Below are positions 46,492 to 56,556 of a stretch of DNA of 64,000 bases, one piece after another. Origin of the DNA: an uncultured Verrucomicrobiae bacterium (GTDB lineage Bacteria > Chlamydiota > Chlamydiia > Chlamydiales > Rhabdochlamydiaceae); NCBI GenBank assembly GCA_963806855.1, contig CAWDYW010000003.1:672001-736000 (forward strand). Reading direction: 5' to 3'. Below the pieces are notes generated by a model, which ran no database searches, was not told the DNA's origin, and worked only from the letters and a program-made list of their open reading frames with translations. Both the position numbers and the translations under genes were made by a program. Position 1 is the first letter of the stretch. Each line of letters starts with the position of its first letter.

Positions 46492-46534
46492 GATGAACAT
46501 TGCAAAATGTTGATAGTTAAAGTATAGTGGCTTG

Positions 46535-47515
46535 GTGTTCAAATTGAAGTTGCTTGCTTTATTTGCCTTTATTACCTTAGAGGCGTCAGATATTTATGAC
46601 CTCAAATTGATTTATAACAAAGAGGCTGGTTATGAATACTCCCTGCCACAAAATATCCTTGAGAGTTATCTATCTGGTAAGGCTTTTGATCATCCACAGC
46701 TCTATTCTCTAGAGGAGTCGGAAGCTCTGCATGCCGATATCAGTGCCTTATATGAGCAGATCCTGGCTAAAGATCCTGTGCGGAAAAAATTGGCTGTCAT
46801 CACCGCAGGCGCTCCCGGAGCTGGCAAGACGGTGAAGATGAAACAAGATTTGGAAGCGCGTCAAACGGAATCGGGGGACAACTTTGCCTATATCGATCCC
46901 GATGATGTCTGTTTAAAAAATCAAACGAGAACCTATCTTGTCGACATCGCAAGTGGGGATGGCTCCTTTCAAGCTAGAAAAATGGCTTATGATAAGTGGA
47001 GACCTGGCTCCAATGGGGCCAATCATCTCATTTTGGCGAATCTGATACGGGAAGGTTACGCTTTCTATTTTGGAATGACTTCAACAGGGCCTGTTACGTG
47101 GAAGTTTTTCGAATTTCTGAAGAACCAAGGTTATCAGATTCGGCTCATTCATATCTCGGCGCCCGATGATGTCCGCTGGGAATCGATCAAGGAGCGAGAC
47201 AAGACCTTCGTTCAAACAACCGAGCAAGACATCATCGAAAAAGGGCTGCTCTTGCCTCAGCGGATAACCGATACCTATTTGAAATATGCCGATCGGATCG
47301 AATTTTGCTATCGGTCAGCGGTCGATCAAGATGCGATACTGGCTGCCATTTGGGACAAAAATGAAAGGAAGCTGACAATTTGCAATCCCGAGCTCTATGA
47401 AAAGATCACTGCGCTTCATGATCTTCTCGCTGAAAAGCTCCATCGGCCAGATCTCTATTGGGAATCGATTTCCATCACAAGCTTTCCCTTGACGCGGCCT
47501 CTTTCTAAGAGCTGA
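46535..47515 (+). CDS. Zeta-toxin-like P-loop kinase with signal-like N-terminus
   Basis: AGAPGAGKT, YIDPDD and GYQIRLIHI motifs; promoter TTGCAA-17-TATAGT at 46500-46528. Confidence 0.75.
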   Translation: MFKLKLLALFAFITLEASDIYDLKLIYNKEAGYEYSLPQNILESYLSGKAFDHPQLYSLEESEALHADISALYEQILAKDPVRKKLAVITAGAPGAGKTVKMKQDLEARQTESGDNFAYIDPDDVCLKNQTRTYLVDIASGDGSFQARKMAYDKWRPGSNGANHLILANLIREGYAFYFGMTSTGPVTWKFFEFLKNQGYQIRLIHISAPDDVRWESIKERDKTFVQTTEQDIIEKGLLLPQRITDTYLKYADRIEFCYRSAVDQDAILAAIWDKNERKLTICNPELYEKITALHDLLAEKLHRPDLYWESISITSFPLTRPLSKS

Positions 47516-48489
47516 AGAGCAGTCTCGACTGTTTGAACACTGAGAGGCCCAACAATTTGGTGGAAAGGGGGCTTCAGAGATCCTGTTTCGAGCATCTTGG
47601 TAAAGAGCTGTAGGTGATCAGAATAGATCTTCCAATGGCGGCGGCTCGGATCAGCGAGTTCAGCCCCGAGCGCAACCTGGTGAATCGACATATTCCTCGC
47701 GCGGGGAATCGCGTTTTCTTCCCAAATGGGGAATTGGAAATCCTTTTCGGGGAGGATTGTCGAGAAATGGCCAGAATATCCAGTCAATTCCAGGCACAAT
47801 TTTTTCATCTCTCCACCAACGAGGTCAAGCGTAGCATCAAAATATTCGCCACCGTTCAATTTGAGTAGCTCCTTTTTCAGCTCATCATGGGAAAGACCTT
47901 CGTAGAACACGATATGATGTTGATCAATCCCTAGGTGCTCATGCAAAAACTCTGCGCTTTTTCGATCTCTAGCCACTGTGTAAATCGTTTTAACACCGAG
48001 TTGCTTCAGGAACTGAGCGGCAAACACACCTACGCCCCCTCCAATTCCCCCAGCAAAGACCGAGTCTCCTTTTTTGAAAGCGCCCGAGGCGATCGTGGCC
48101 CGGAAAGCGGTCGTAGTGGCTAGAGGGATAGCTGCTGCTTGGGCATAATTGAGATTCTTGGGTTTCCTGGCGAGTAACTCTTGCGGAACACAAGAATATT
48201 GCGCATAAGTGCCATTGGAACTTTTCAATGCCATGCCGTACACCTCATCCCCGATTGCGAAGTGTTTCGCTTGAGGTCCAGTTGCATCGATCACCCCGCT
48301 AAAGTCAAAACCGATAATCTGATGAGGATCGCCTCCAAACCACCCTTCGCGGATCTTCCAGTCGACAGGATTAAAAGCTGCTGTTTTGATCTTGACCCTC
48401 ACTTCGCCCTCTTTGGGAATGGGCAAGGTCACTTCTTCCAGAGCAAAACAACCTTCTCGGCCAAATTTATGCATGACAACTGCTTGCAT
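47455..48489 (-). CDS. NADP-dependent MDR/quinone oxidoreductase
   Basis: FNPVDWKIR, GFDFSGV, GGGVG and GKLV motifs. Confidence 0.9.
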   Translation of the reverse strand: MQAVVMHKFGREGCFALEEVTLPIPKEGEVRVKIKTAAFNPVDWKIREGWFGGDPHQIIGFDFSGVIDATGPQAKHFAIGDEVYGMALKSSNGTYAQYSCVPQELLARKPKNLNYAQAAAIPLATTTAFRATIASGAFKKGDSVFAGGIGGGVGVFAAQFLKQLGVKTIYTVARDRKSAEFLHEHLGIDQHHIVFYEGLSHDELKKELLKLNGGEYFDATLDLVGGEMKKLCLELTGYSGHFSTILPEKDFQFPIWEENAIPRARNMSIHQVALGAELADPSRRHWKIYSDHLQLFTKMLETGSLKPPFHQIVGPLSVQTVETALQLLERGRVKGKLVMEIDSQ

Positions 48490-48501
48490 TTGTTTCCTCC
48501 A

Positions 48502-49122
48502 CTATTGAAATAACAGGCTAATTAACGCCGCCAGGCCAAAGCATGCGATGATAATCCCGGCGGTCCGATTGATCCAGAGCATCACTTTTTGGCTCACTTT
48601 CTTCCTAAATAGGGTGACCCCTTCGCTTAAAATCAGCCACCAAATTGCCGAGCCCAAAAAGACCCCCACTACAAGTGCGGCGGCATCAATGTAGGTTCCT
48701 TTGATGCTCGAGAGCCCGATGCCGGCAAACACCGCGACAAAGGCCAGGATCGTGAGCGGATTAGAAAGAGTGAGAAAAAAGGTGGAGACAAAGTCATTCA
48801 AGAGCGAAGTGTGGGAGACTGGCCGTGCTTTTTCTGCGGGCTTAGACGAAAATGTCCTCCAACCAAGATAAAGCAGAAATGCCCCTCCGATTAGGTGTAG
48901 CCAAAATTGGCCGGCAATGAGGAAATTGGAGATGAAGGTGAGGCCAAAAGCGGCGATGACAGCGTAGATCGCATCGGCAAGCGCAGCCCCAAGCCCCGAA
49001 AAGAGGCCAGAAAAACGGCCATACTGTAATGTTCTTCGAATGCACAGAACACCAATTGGACCGACGGGCGCAGCAATCGAAAATCCAAGAATAATGCCTT
49101 TTAAAAAGAAGCCTAATTCCAT
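48502..49122 (-). CDS. LysE family translocator
   Basis: IAAPVGPIGVLCI and FFLTLSNPLTI motifs. Confidence 0.92.
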   Translation of the reverse strand: MELGFFLKGIILGFSIAAPVGPIGVLCIRRTLQYGRFSGLFSGLGAALADAIYAVIAAFGLTFISNFLIAGQFWLHLIGGAFLLYLGWRTFSSKPAEKARPVSHTSLLNDFVSTFFLTLSNPLTILAFVAVFAGIGLSSIKGTYIDAAALVVGVFLGSAIWWLILSEGVTLFRKKVSQKVMLWINRTAGIIIACFGLAALISLLFQ

Positions 49123-49224
49123 CTTGCAATATTTTTATTTTGAGCATACCATGGATAGGTCAAAAATGATACTCAATACTGATCGAATCAATGCTGTTTG
49201 ACAAGGAAATCGGAGGTAACGCCT

Positions 49225-49773
49225 ATGGTTAAAAATACTTTGAAAAAAACTGCCGAGATTGCTGCTTTGTCAGATGGTTATAAAGATATTTTAGCTTCCA
49301 TTATTTCCAAAATTAAAGCCGCTCAGGCAAGAGCCATGAGCGCAGTTAACCATGAACTCATAGAAGTTTATAGGGATATTGGGAAGATCATTTATGAGCA
49401 ACAGCAGAAAGGGGTGTGGGGCGATTCAATTGTAAAAAGCTTGGCTGTCGACCTTCAAAAGGATTTTCCTGGTATGAGAGGGTTCTCTTATCGCAACCTA
49501 TATACTATGAGAGAGTTATACCTTTCTTATAAGGACAGCGAAAAATTGCAGACATTGTCTGCACAAATTAGCTGGTCGCATAATGTGGCCCTCCTCTCGA
49601 AGTGCCAAAACTCTCTTGAAAAGGAATTTTACATGAGGCTGTCGAGGAGAAATGGCTGGACCTATCGTGTTTTGATCCATCACATTGAGAATGGCACCTA
49701 TGAGAAAACGATCGCTAGTCAGTCAAATTTTGAGAAAAGCCTTCCGAATGACTATAGAGAAAATTGGAAATGA
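49225..49773 (+). pseudogene. YhcG/DUF1016 N-terminal domain only (truncated)
   Basis: AVNHELIEVY, FPGMRGFS and ISWSHN motifs; ends after SNFEKSLP with an ATGA overlap to the next gene. Confidence 0.85.
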
Positions 49774-51587
49774 TACTCAAAACTGATCGACTTATTATCC
49801 GTGAATTTACCGCCGAAGACCTAAATGCTCTGGCGTCCTTGCTTGGAAATGAGCAGGTGATGGAATTTTCCATCGGGGGGCCCCTATCATGGCAGCAGAC
49901 GAAAGAATATTTAGAGCAAAGGATTCTGCCCCACTATGCTCACCATGGATTTGGCCTTTGGGCGGTTGTCTATGAGGGGCAGGTCATTGGGTATGCTGGG
50001 CTCATCACTCAACAGATCGATGGAGAGAAGCTCATCGAATTGGGGTATCGCCTGCTGCCCGAGTATTGGGGAAAAGGGCTCGCCTCCGAAGCGGCCGGCG
50101 CAATTGCCCAATACGCCTTCGATCAGCTCAACCTCGAGCAGATCATCTCCATCGTCGAAGAGAAAAATGTCCGAAGCGTTTCGGTTGCAAAGCGGCTCGG
50201 GATGCATCATTGGAAAGATGCCGATTTCCATGGGAAAATTGCGCAAATCTATTGTCTGCATAGAGTGAGTGTGGAGCATTTTGATCCAATATGGGAGAAG
50301 GTTTTTGAAGCGGAGAGAAGGCAGCTGGAGAAGATTTTTGAAGGTCATCCGATTGAGTTTATTCACATCGGCAGCACTTCGATTGGTGGATGCTCAGCAA
50401 AGCCTGTTATAGATATTTTAGGGATCACGACCGATATTTTGGAAATCGATGCTTTTAACCAAAAGATGGTCGAGCTGGGATATCGACCACGGGGTGAATA
50501 TGGGATGAAGCAGCGTCGTTTCTTTCAGCGGAAAGCGGCCCCTAAGGTCCATTTGCATATTTTCGAACGGACCGATCCCGAGGTTGGCCGCCATTTACGC
50601 TTTTGTAATTATCTCAGGGCGCATCCAGAGAAAGTCAAAGAGTACTCTGAGCTCAAGGAGGAGCTGGCAAAACGTTTTCCTCACGATATTGCCGGCTACA
50701 TACTTGGCAAAGAGAAATGGATCAAACAGACAGATCTGCAGGCTGCCTGGGCCGCTTCTACATTATCGATACCGGAGCAGCCGAAACGAACAAATTGGAC
50801 TCAGAGTGAGATCTTGAAGGCGATGGAGGTCAACATGCATTTGCAAATGACCTATTTTGCCAAGTATATCCCCACGATGGAGATTGTCTTCGAGCCCGAT
50901 GTGACGGTTGTCCGCTCCGAAGTTCCCGATGACACATTTAACTATGTCCTCTCAGCAAGGTTTACAGAAAAAAATGGCAAGGAGAGGATCGCCCATGTGC
51001 AGAGCTTGTATCAGGATCGGCCCTATTCTTGGTGGGTAGGCGAGAGCGATACCCCCTCTAATTTAAGTGAGCTGTTGCAGATTCAAGGCTTCGAGTTCAA
51101 AGAGAAGAATGTGGGGATGTATTTAGACCTTTCACATTTTCAGCCAATACTGACTTCTTCTCTTCAATTTCATCGTGTTCAATCACCCGAGCAAATGCAA
51201 GATTTTGCCAAGGTGGTCGTTGATGTGAGTGAAATGACCGAAATTTACGATCTTGTTTACGCCCATCTGCCTCCAGTGCTCTATTCAGGCAGTAGCCCCA
51301 TGGAGCTGTACGTGGGGTATTTGGATGGGGCGCCGGTCATCACAGGGATGCTGATTGCCCATGCGCATGTCGCTGGCATTTACTACATCATGACCCTTCC
51401 CACTCAGCGGAAAAAAGGATTTGGGACAGCGATGATGAATCTTTTGCTCGATCGGGCAAAAGCGCGAGGCTACTGCATCGCAACACTCCAAGCATCCAGC
51501 GAGGGCTACCACCTCTATGAACGTTTGGGATTCCAAAGATGCTGTGAGTTTCTGGAATATACTCAAAAAAAGCAAGTTCGTTATTGA
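49770..51587 (+). CDS. GNAT (RimJ-like)-GrpB-GNAT fusion protein
   Basis: ELGYRL..YWGKGLASE; HIGSTSI, AKPVIDI, HLH, FCNYLR (GrpB-like); RKKGFG and LYERLGF. Confidence 0.85.
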   Translation: MILKTDRLIIREFTAEDLNALASLLGNEQVMEFSIGGPLSWQQTKEYLEQRILPHYAHHGFGLWAVVYEGQVIGYAGLITQQIDGEKLIELGYRLLPEYWGKGLASEAAGAIAQYAFDQLNLEQIISIVEEKNVRSVSVAKRLGMHHWKDADFHGKIAQIYCLHRVSVEHFDPIWEKVFEAERRQLEKIFEGHPIEFIHIGSTSIGGCSAKPVIDILGITTDILEIDAFNQKMVELGYRPRGEYGMKQRRFFQRKAAPKVHLHIFERTDPEVGRHLRFCNYLRAHPEKVKEYSELKEELAKRFPHDIAGYILGKEKWIKQTDLQAAWAASTLSIPEQPKRTNWTQSEILKAMEVNMHLQMTYFAKYIPTMEIVFEPDVTVVRSEVPDDTFNYVLSARFTEKNGKERIAHVQSLYQDRPYSWWVGESDTPSNLSELLQIQGFEFKEKNVGMYLDLSHFQPILTSSLQFHRVQSPEQMQDFAKVVVDVSEMTEIYDLVYAHLPPVLYSGSSPMELYVGYLDGAPVITGMLIAHAHVAGIYYIMTLPTQRKKGFGTAMMNLLLDRAKARGYCIATLQASSEGYHLYERLGFQRCCEFLEYTQKKQVRY

Positions 51588-51707
51588 GTTAAAAATTTCT
51601 TTTTTGCTAAATACTAGATACTACTTTCCCCCTGGATTTTTTTGTGGTGTTGGGTATGAACACCTCGAATGGGTGTTTTAATAGAATTTTTTAAATTAGG
51701 TGAATCT

Positions 51708-54700
51708 ATGTCTGCAAAATCTTTTTGGCCTTTCCTTTCTCTGATGAGTCTTGTGCTTTCTCTTGAAGCAACAACAAACTATACGGTGACCTCTAATAGC
51801 GATGATCCCACGGTCCCAGATTCGCTTCCCAATATCATCAACCAAATCAATTTGGCCACTTTCACAAACTCGACCACTCCTCAGGATTTTGCGATTTCTT
51901 TTTCCCCATCCATTTCAAATACCATCGCGTTAACAGCTCCCCTGCCCCCAATTGTCGCTTCTCCGACAGCCACAATTACCGGTACCATTGATGGAAGTGG
52001 AGTCTCAGCCGGTCTTACGATCGATGGGGGAGGAGCAAATAGCGCTTTTATCTTTATCGGCAATGGCCCATCTGGCAGCGGACAATTTACAGTGAGTAAT
52101 ATGACCATCCAAAATGCAAAAGCAAACGGAGGCCCAGGCGGCACAGGTTTTGTTGGCGGAGGAGGAGGCGGAGGTCTTGGTGGAGCCGTTCTTTTGTTAA
52201 ATGGTGCAAATGCAACTGTCCAATCGATCGCTTTTATCAATGATAGTGCCCAAGGTGGCGCTGGAGGCGCAGCGATGTCTGTAGAGAGTTCCGCTGGAGC
52301 TGCGGGTGGCGGTGGAATACACGGGGCAGGAGGTTCTGCCGAAACATTCTCAGAAGCTGGCGGCGGCGGGCTAATGGGGAATGCAGCAAATTTTATTAAT
52401 GGCGGGGGCGCTGGAGGCGGACTCATAGGAAATGGAGGAGGCTGTAGCTTCGGTAGCGGTAGCGGAGGCGGCGGATTAATCCCACCGAACGTTAATGGAT
52501 TACCAGATCAGTCAGGCGTAGGTGGAAATGGGGGTGGGCCCCTTGGTGGAGCAGGAGGAAATAGTTATCTTCCTACTAATCCTGCTGGTCAACCTGGCGG
52601 GCTCGCTAGCGGAGGCGGTGGCGGTGGAGGTCCTGATCCAGCTGCTGTTGGAGGTACTGGTGGCTATGGAGGCGGAGGCGGAGGCGGTTCAGGGAATGCC
52701 AATGGAGGCAATGGAGGCTTTGGAGGCGGCGGCGGAGCATCTGGAACCAGTGCGCTAGTTGTCGGAGGAAATGGAGGATTTGGCGGAGGTGGTGCTACGG
52801 GCTATGGAGGCAATGGACCTAGCACAGGGGGAAATGGAGGCTTTGGAGGCGGTGGAGGCAGCGGAGCGCTCGATGGTGGCGGCGGCATGGTCAGCGGCGC
52901 AGGTGGTTTTGGTGGAGGGAGCGGAGGGGCGCTCGTCTATAGTGCTCCAGTGGCTGCGGGAACTCCAGGCTTTGGAGCTGGAAGTGGAGGAGCAACTGTA
53001 TCATCTGGTAGCAGCTCTACTAATGGTACTGCCGGGGGCGGAGGCGGCGCAAGCCTCGGGGGCGCAGCTTTTATTCAAGAGGGAGGCTCTCTCACAGTGA
53101 TAGATTGTACCTTCGCAGGCAATAGCGTGACGCCTAGTGTAGGAGGAGGAGCGCTTTTAGGGGGTGCTCCAGGATCTCCTGGCTTAGCCTTTGGTGCTGA
53201 TTTCTTCTTGATGTCGGGCGGATTGCTGAATTTCGATCTCTCATCTAATCTGACTTTAACTAATCCCATCGAGGGTAATCAAGGCGTAGGAGGGGGAGAT
53301 ACCACGGTTGGAGGTCTTACTAAGATGGGCCCCGGGCAACTTTCTCTCTCTGGCGCGAATACTTATACCGGTATCACCAACGTCCAAGCGGGTACGCTCC
53401 AAGTCAACAACTCGGTTGTCACAGATGTAACAGTGCAATCGGGAGCAATTTTAAGCGGAACTTTTTCAATTAATCCAAACGCCGCTGCAACAAATAATGG
53501 GAATCTAACCAATTCCGGTACAGTCTCCCCTGGAGTAAATGAGTTGGGGACGATCACCGTCAGCGGTAGCTTCACCAATAACTCCGATGGAACACTTGCA
53601 ATTGGCATTACTCCTAGTGGGACTAATGGCAGCTTGTTTCTCCCTACTGGAACCTCCTTACTGAATGGGGGGATTCTAGAGGTATTCGTCAACTCTGGTG
53701 CTTATGCCGATGGGACACGCTATACGGTCATTAATTCCCCCACTACAGGGACATTTGCTCAGGTTAACCAAAATGGCCCGATGGGCGGTTCGCTCATCAT
53801 CGATGTCGCCTATAGCAGTGTGGTCTTGACCATCCGCAACAACCCCATTTTCAACCCTGCGGTCATCACATCGAGTGTAGCTCGGGCAGTGGCCAATTGT
53901 ATCACCAGCGCCCTCCCCCTTACCGACCTCGATTTTGCTGCAGTGGTCGAGAACATAGGAAGACTAAGCAATACCCAGATTAATCGAGCTCTGATAGATC
54001 TTTCACCTGTCAATTTTGGTGCTTTGGACTGGATCAATGAACGGAATAATAACTATCTTGCAGATATCTTATCTGAGCGGCTCTTTGAACTCTGTTGCAG
54101 CCCAAGAGATTGCTGTAGCTGCGATTGCAACCGTACGGTTTGGATCGATGTCTTTGGCAATCTGATGAATAATTCTAAGCACTATAACAACTTAAGCCCC
54201 TTTGATGCGAATGCAGTTGGAGTGGTCACTGGACTTGACTATTGCTTTAATTCTTTTACATTGGGCGCTGCATTTGCATACACCCACACTTGGCTCAACT
54301 GGAAGCATCATCATGGCAATGGCGACATCAATAGCTACTACGGCGCGCTTTATGGCAACTACGAAGGGTGCTGGTTAAATGCCGATATTTCGTTCATAGG
54401 GGGCGGTAGCGATCACCATTTGAAGCGCAGAATTGATATTCAAGGGGCAGATGTGGTAACCGGAGCGCCGGTCGTGATCGATAGATCGGCTAAGAGCCAT
54501 CCATGGGGCTACTTCTTCACTGGACATCTGGGCCTTAGAACTGATTGGGAGTGGTGCTGCACTACCTTTGAACCATTTGGACTGATCGATTACAACTACT
54601 TCCAGCGCCAGAGTTTTAAAGAGCATGGAGCAAATAGTCTCAATTTAAGGGTGAAACAGCATACTCAAAACATGCTCCGCGGCGAAGCGGGCCTAAGGGC

Positions 54701-54986
54701 CTATCGCACGTGGGTTTGCGAGTGCTCATGTTTCGCTCCTTATATTGGCCTCAGCTGGGTCGGAGAGTTCCCTTTAGGGCATTCTAAGCAGAAGGCGAGC
54801 TTCACTGGTCAGAGCTGTGTGATTGATGTGACCAGCTACCACTCTTCGGTTCAACTCGTCTCTCCTCAAGCGGGGATCAAGTGGACTCAGAATAGTGGAT
54901 TATCATTCTCGCTCGGTTACAAAGGGCTCTATAACAACAAGACCAGTATCAATGAAGTTGAAGGCCGCTTAGAGTGGGTATTCTAA
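51708..54986 (+). CDS. Autotransporter with Gly-rich passenger
   Basis: Signal peptide, GGNGGFGGGG repeats, LTKMGPGQLSLSGANTYTG strand repeat, C-terminal barrel ending in EWVF. Confidence 0.9.
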   Translation: MSAKSFWPFLSLMSLVLSLEATTNYTVTSNSDDPTVPDSLPNIINQINLATFTNSTTPQDFAISFSPSISNTIALTAPLPPIVASPTATITGTIDGSGVSAGLTIDGGGANSAFIFIGNGPSGSGQFTVSNMTIQNAKANGGPGGTGFVGGGGGGGLGGAVLLLNGANATVQSIAFINDSAQGGAGGAAMSVESSAGAAGGGGIHGAGGSAETFSEAGGGGLMGNAANFINGGGAGGGLIGNGGGCSFGSGSGGGGLIPPNVNGLPDQSGVGGNGGGPLGGAGGNSYLPTNPAGQPGGLASGGGGGGGPDPAAVGGTGGYGGGGGGGSGNANGGNGGFGGGGGASGTSALVVGGNGGFGGGGATGYGGNGPSTGGNGGFGGGGGSGALDGGGGMVSGAGGFGGGSGGALVYSAPVAAGTPGFGAGSGGATVSSGSSSTNGTAGGGGGASLGGAAFIQEGGSLTVIDCTFAGNSVTPSVGGGALLGGAPGSPGLAFGADFFLMSGGLLNFDLSSNLTLTNPIEGNQGVGGGDTTVGGLTKMGPGQLSLSGANTYTGITNVQAGTLQVNNSVVTDVTVQSGAILSGTFSINPNAAATNNGNLTNSGTVSPGVNELGTITVSGSFTNNSDGTLAIGITPSGTNGSLFLPTGTSLLNGGILEVFVNSGAYADGTRYTVINSPTTGTFAQVNQNGPMGGSLIIDVAYSSVVLTIRNNPIFNPAVITSSVARAVANCITSALPLTDLDFAAVVENIGRLSNTQINRALIDLSPVNFGALDWINERNNNYLADILSERLFELCCSPRDCCSCDCNRTVWIDVFGNLMNNSKHYNNLSPFDANAVGVVTGLDYCFNSFTLGAAFAYTHTWLNWKHHHGNGDINSYYGALYGNYEGCWLNADISFIGGGSDHHLKRRIDIQGADVVTGAPVVIDRSAKSHPWGYFFTGHLGLRTDWEWCCTTFEPFGLIDYNYFQRQSFKEHGANSLNLRVKQHTQNMLRGEAGLRAYRTWVCECSCFAPYIGLSWVGEFPLGHSKQKASFTGQSCVIDVTSYHSSVQLVSPQAGIKWTQNSGLSFSLGYKGLYNNKTSINEVEGRLEWVF

Positions 54987-54988
54987 CT

Positions 54989-55684
54989 CTACAGAATTAG
55001 AAAGGCGTGAAGCATAAGATCTGCGACGAAGTGAGCTCCCATCGCTGCCCAAAGACCGCGCGACCAGTAGAGCCAACCGAAGACGATCCCTGCGATTCCA
55101 TTGAGGAGAAGGACTCTAGTAATTTCGAAAGCTGTGGGCGAGGTCAGCTTGAGAGCCGCGGGCAGGTGGCCGAGCCCAAAAATTAATGAGACTAAAATAT
55201 TCGTTGCCCAGAGAAAATAGATCTGCTTATTCGCATTGAATTTAAAGCACTTCTTGAAAAGAAAGTAGAGGGCTGTAAACAGAAATAATCGAAGTGAGAC
55301 CTCCTCATTCACCGCACCATAGATTGAAGCTAGAGCCCCAGCCCAAAATGGAGGATGTGCGGCTGTAAGGAGCGAGCTATGGAAAACCACTTTATCCAGG
55401 ATGAAAAGCGTCAGCCCAGTTAACAACCCAAATAGAAGTGCGGGGTAGAGAAAATTTGTGCGACGAAAAGGTTGTAGATCGGTTTTGGGAAGAATTTTAT
55501 AGCTTAAGTAGCAAATAAGGGCAAAACCTGCAGCAGACTGAAAGGTAATCAGAAGGAACAGCCTTAAGTTTGAAATGGAGGCAGGGAAAATATCTAAATA
55601 ACGGATGTAGGGGATAATGGACCACGTTCCAATTATCGACAGAATCCATAAGAAAACAAATGTCTTTTTGTGGGCTTTCATCAT
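54989..55684 (-). CDS. CPBP (Abi/CAAX) intramembrane metalloprotease
   Basis: EEVSLR, FGLGH and AMGAH motifs. Confidence 0.88.
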   Translation of the reverse strand: MMKAHKKTFVFLWILSIIGTWSIIPYIRYLDIFPASISNLRLFLLITFQSAAGFALICYLSYKILPKTDLQPFRRTNFLYPALLFGLLTGLTLFILDKVVFHSSLLTAAHPPFWAGALASIYGAVNEEVSLRLFLFTALYFLFKKCFKFNANKQIYFLWATNILVSLIFGLGHLPAALKLTSPTAFEITRVLLLNGIAGIVFGWLYWSRGLWAAMGAHFVADLMLHAFLIL

Positions 55685-55719
55685 CGGCTAGCTTAGCAAA
55701 CTTTTGGATAATAAACTAT

Positions 55720-55741
55720 CCCCCCTCATCGCTGAGGGGGG
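55720..55741. terminator. GC-rich hairpin after the MerR-family gene
   Basis: CCCCCCTCA-TCGC-TGAGGGGGG. Confidence 0.6.
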
Positions 55742-55749
55742 TGACAATA

Positions 55750-56512
55750 TTACGATAGCTTTCGCTCAGCAAAAACCTTCATCGCATCCGCCATGAAAGT
55801 GGCAAGTTCTGGATGAAAAGGATCTAGCTGTTTTCTGAATTCAGGATGCTCTGCATACAACTGAGCATACGCCATGTACACCGCTTTGGTTGCGGTATGG
55901 GTTTGCTGCATGAGAGCATGGTGTTTTGTGATGATCTTCTGCACCTCATCTGAAGCAGGATCCAATCCTCTTTCGATGCAGCGGACAAGTTCATTAAAAA
56001 TCGCGAGAGCAGTTGTCGTAGAGGGCTTTCCCTCTTTTTTCGACATCCTCAGCGCTTTTAGTTGGATTCTTGACGCTTTTTGCGACAAGTTTTTCAGCTG
56101 CGGAATAGGATTGCCCTTCCTTCGCCTTTACCAATGTAATATTGAAGCCATCGAACATCTCTTTGTCTTTCATTTTCTTTTTTCCTTTTAAGTGTTTGAT
56201 TGTTTTATCGATGGTCTTAAGTAACACTCCAATTTTTTCCCATTCTTTGGTCAATGCCGATTTGTGGGAGTAGAGAGCTGCGAGTTGATCAAAATCGCTT
56301 TTCCCTACCACTTTTTGGATCTGTTTCAGGGAAAAACCTAATTCTTTGTAGAACAAGATTTGTTGAAGCTGCAAAAGCTCTTTCTCTTCGTAATACCGGT
56401 ACCCGTTGGATCCATAGTAAGCCGGTTTAAGAAGACCGATTTCTTCATAGAAATGGAGGGTTCGCACGGTTACCCCTGAGAGTTCGCTTAATTTTTTCAC
56501 TGTATAAGCCAT
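55750..56512 (-). pseudogene. MerR-family (TipA/Mta-like) regulator, frameshifted at ~56010
   Basis: The HTH part (VTVRTLHFYEEIGLL, NGYRYY) and the TipAS-like part (DPASDEVQ, LYAEHPEF) are in different frames. Confidence 0.85.
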
Positions 56513-56556
56513 CGATTCCTTCCTTTAATATCCCTTTGATTTTAAAGGATGGCTCA

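Noticed and set aside
46535..47515. Complete epsilon-zeta toxin-antitoxin system
   Set aside because: There is no upstream antitoxin ORF; the promoter abuts the start codon.
52130..53070. PE-PGRS-like gene or foreign high-GC island
   Set aside because: The G-richness is explained by glycine codons in the autotransporter passenger.
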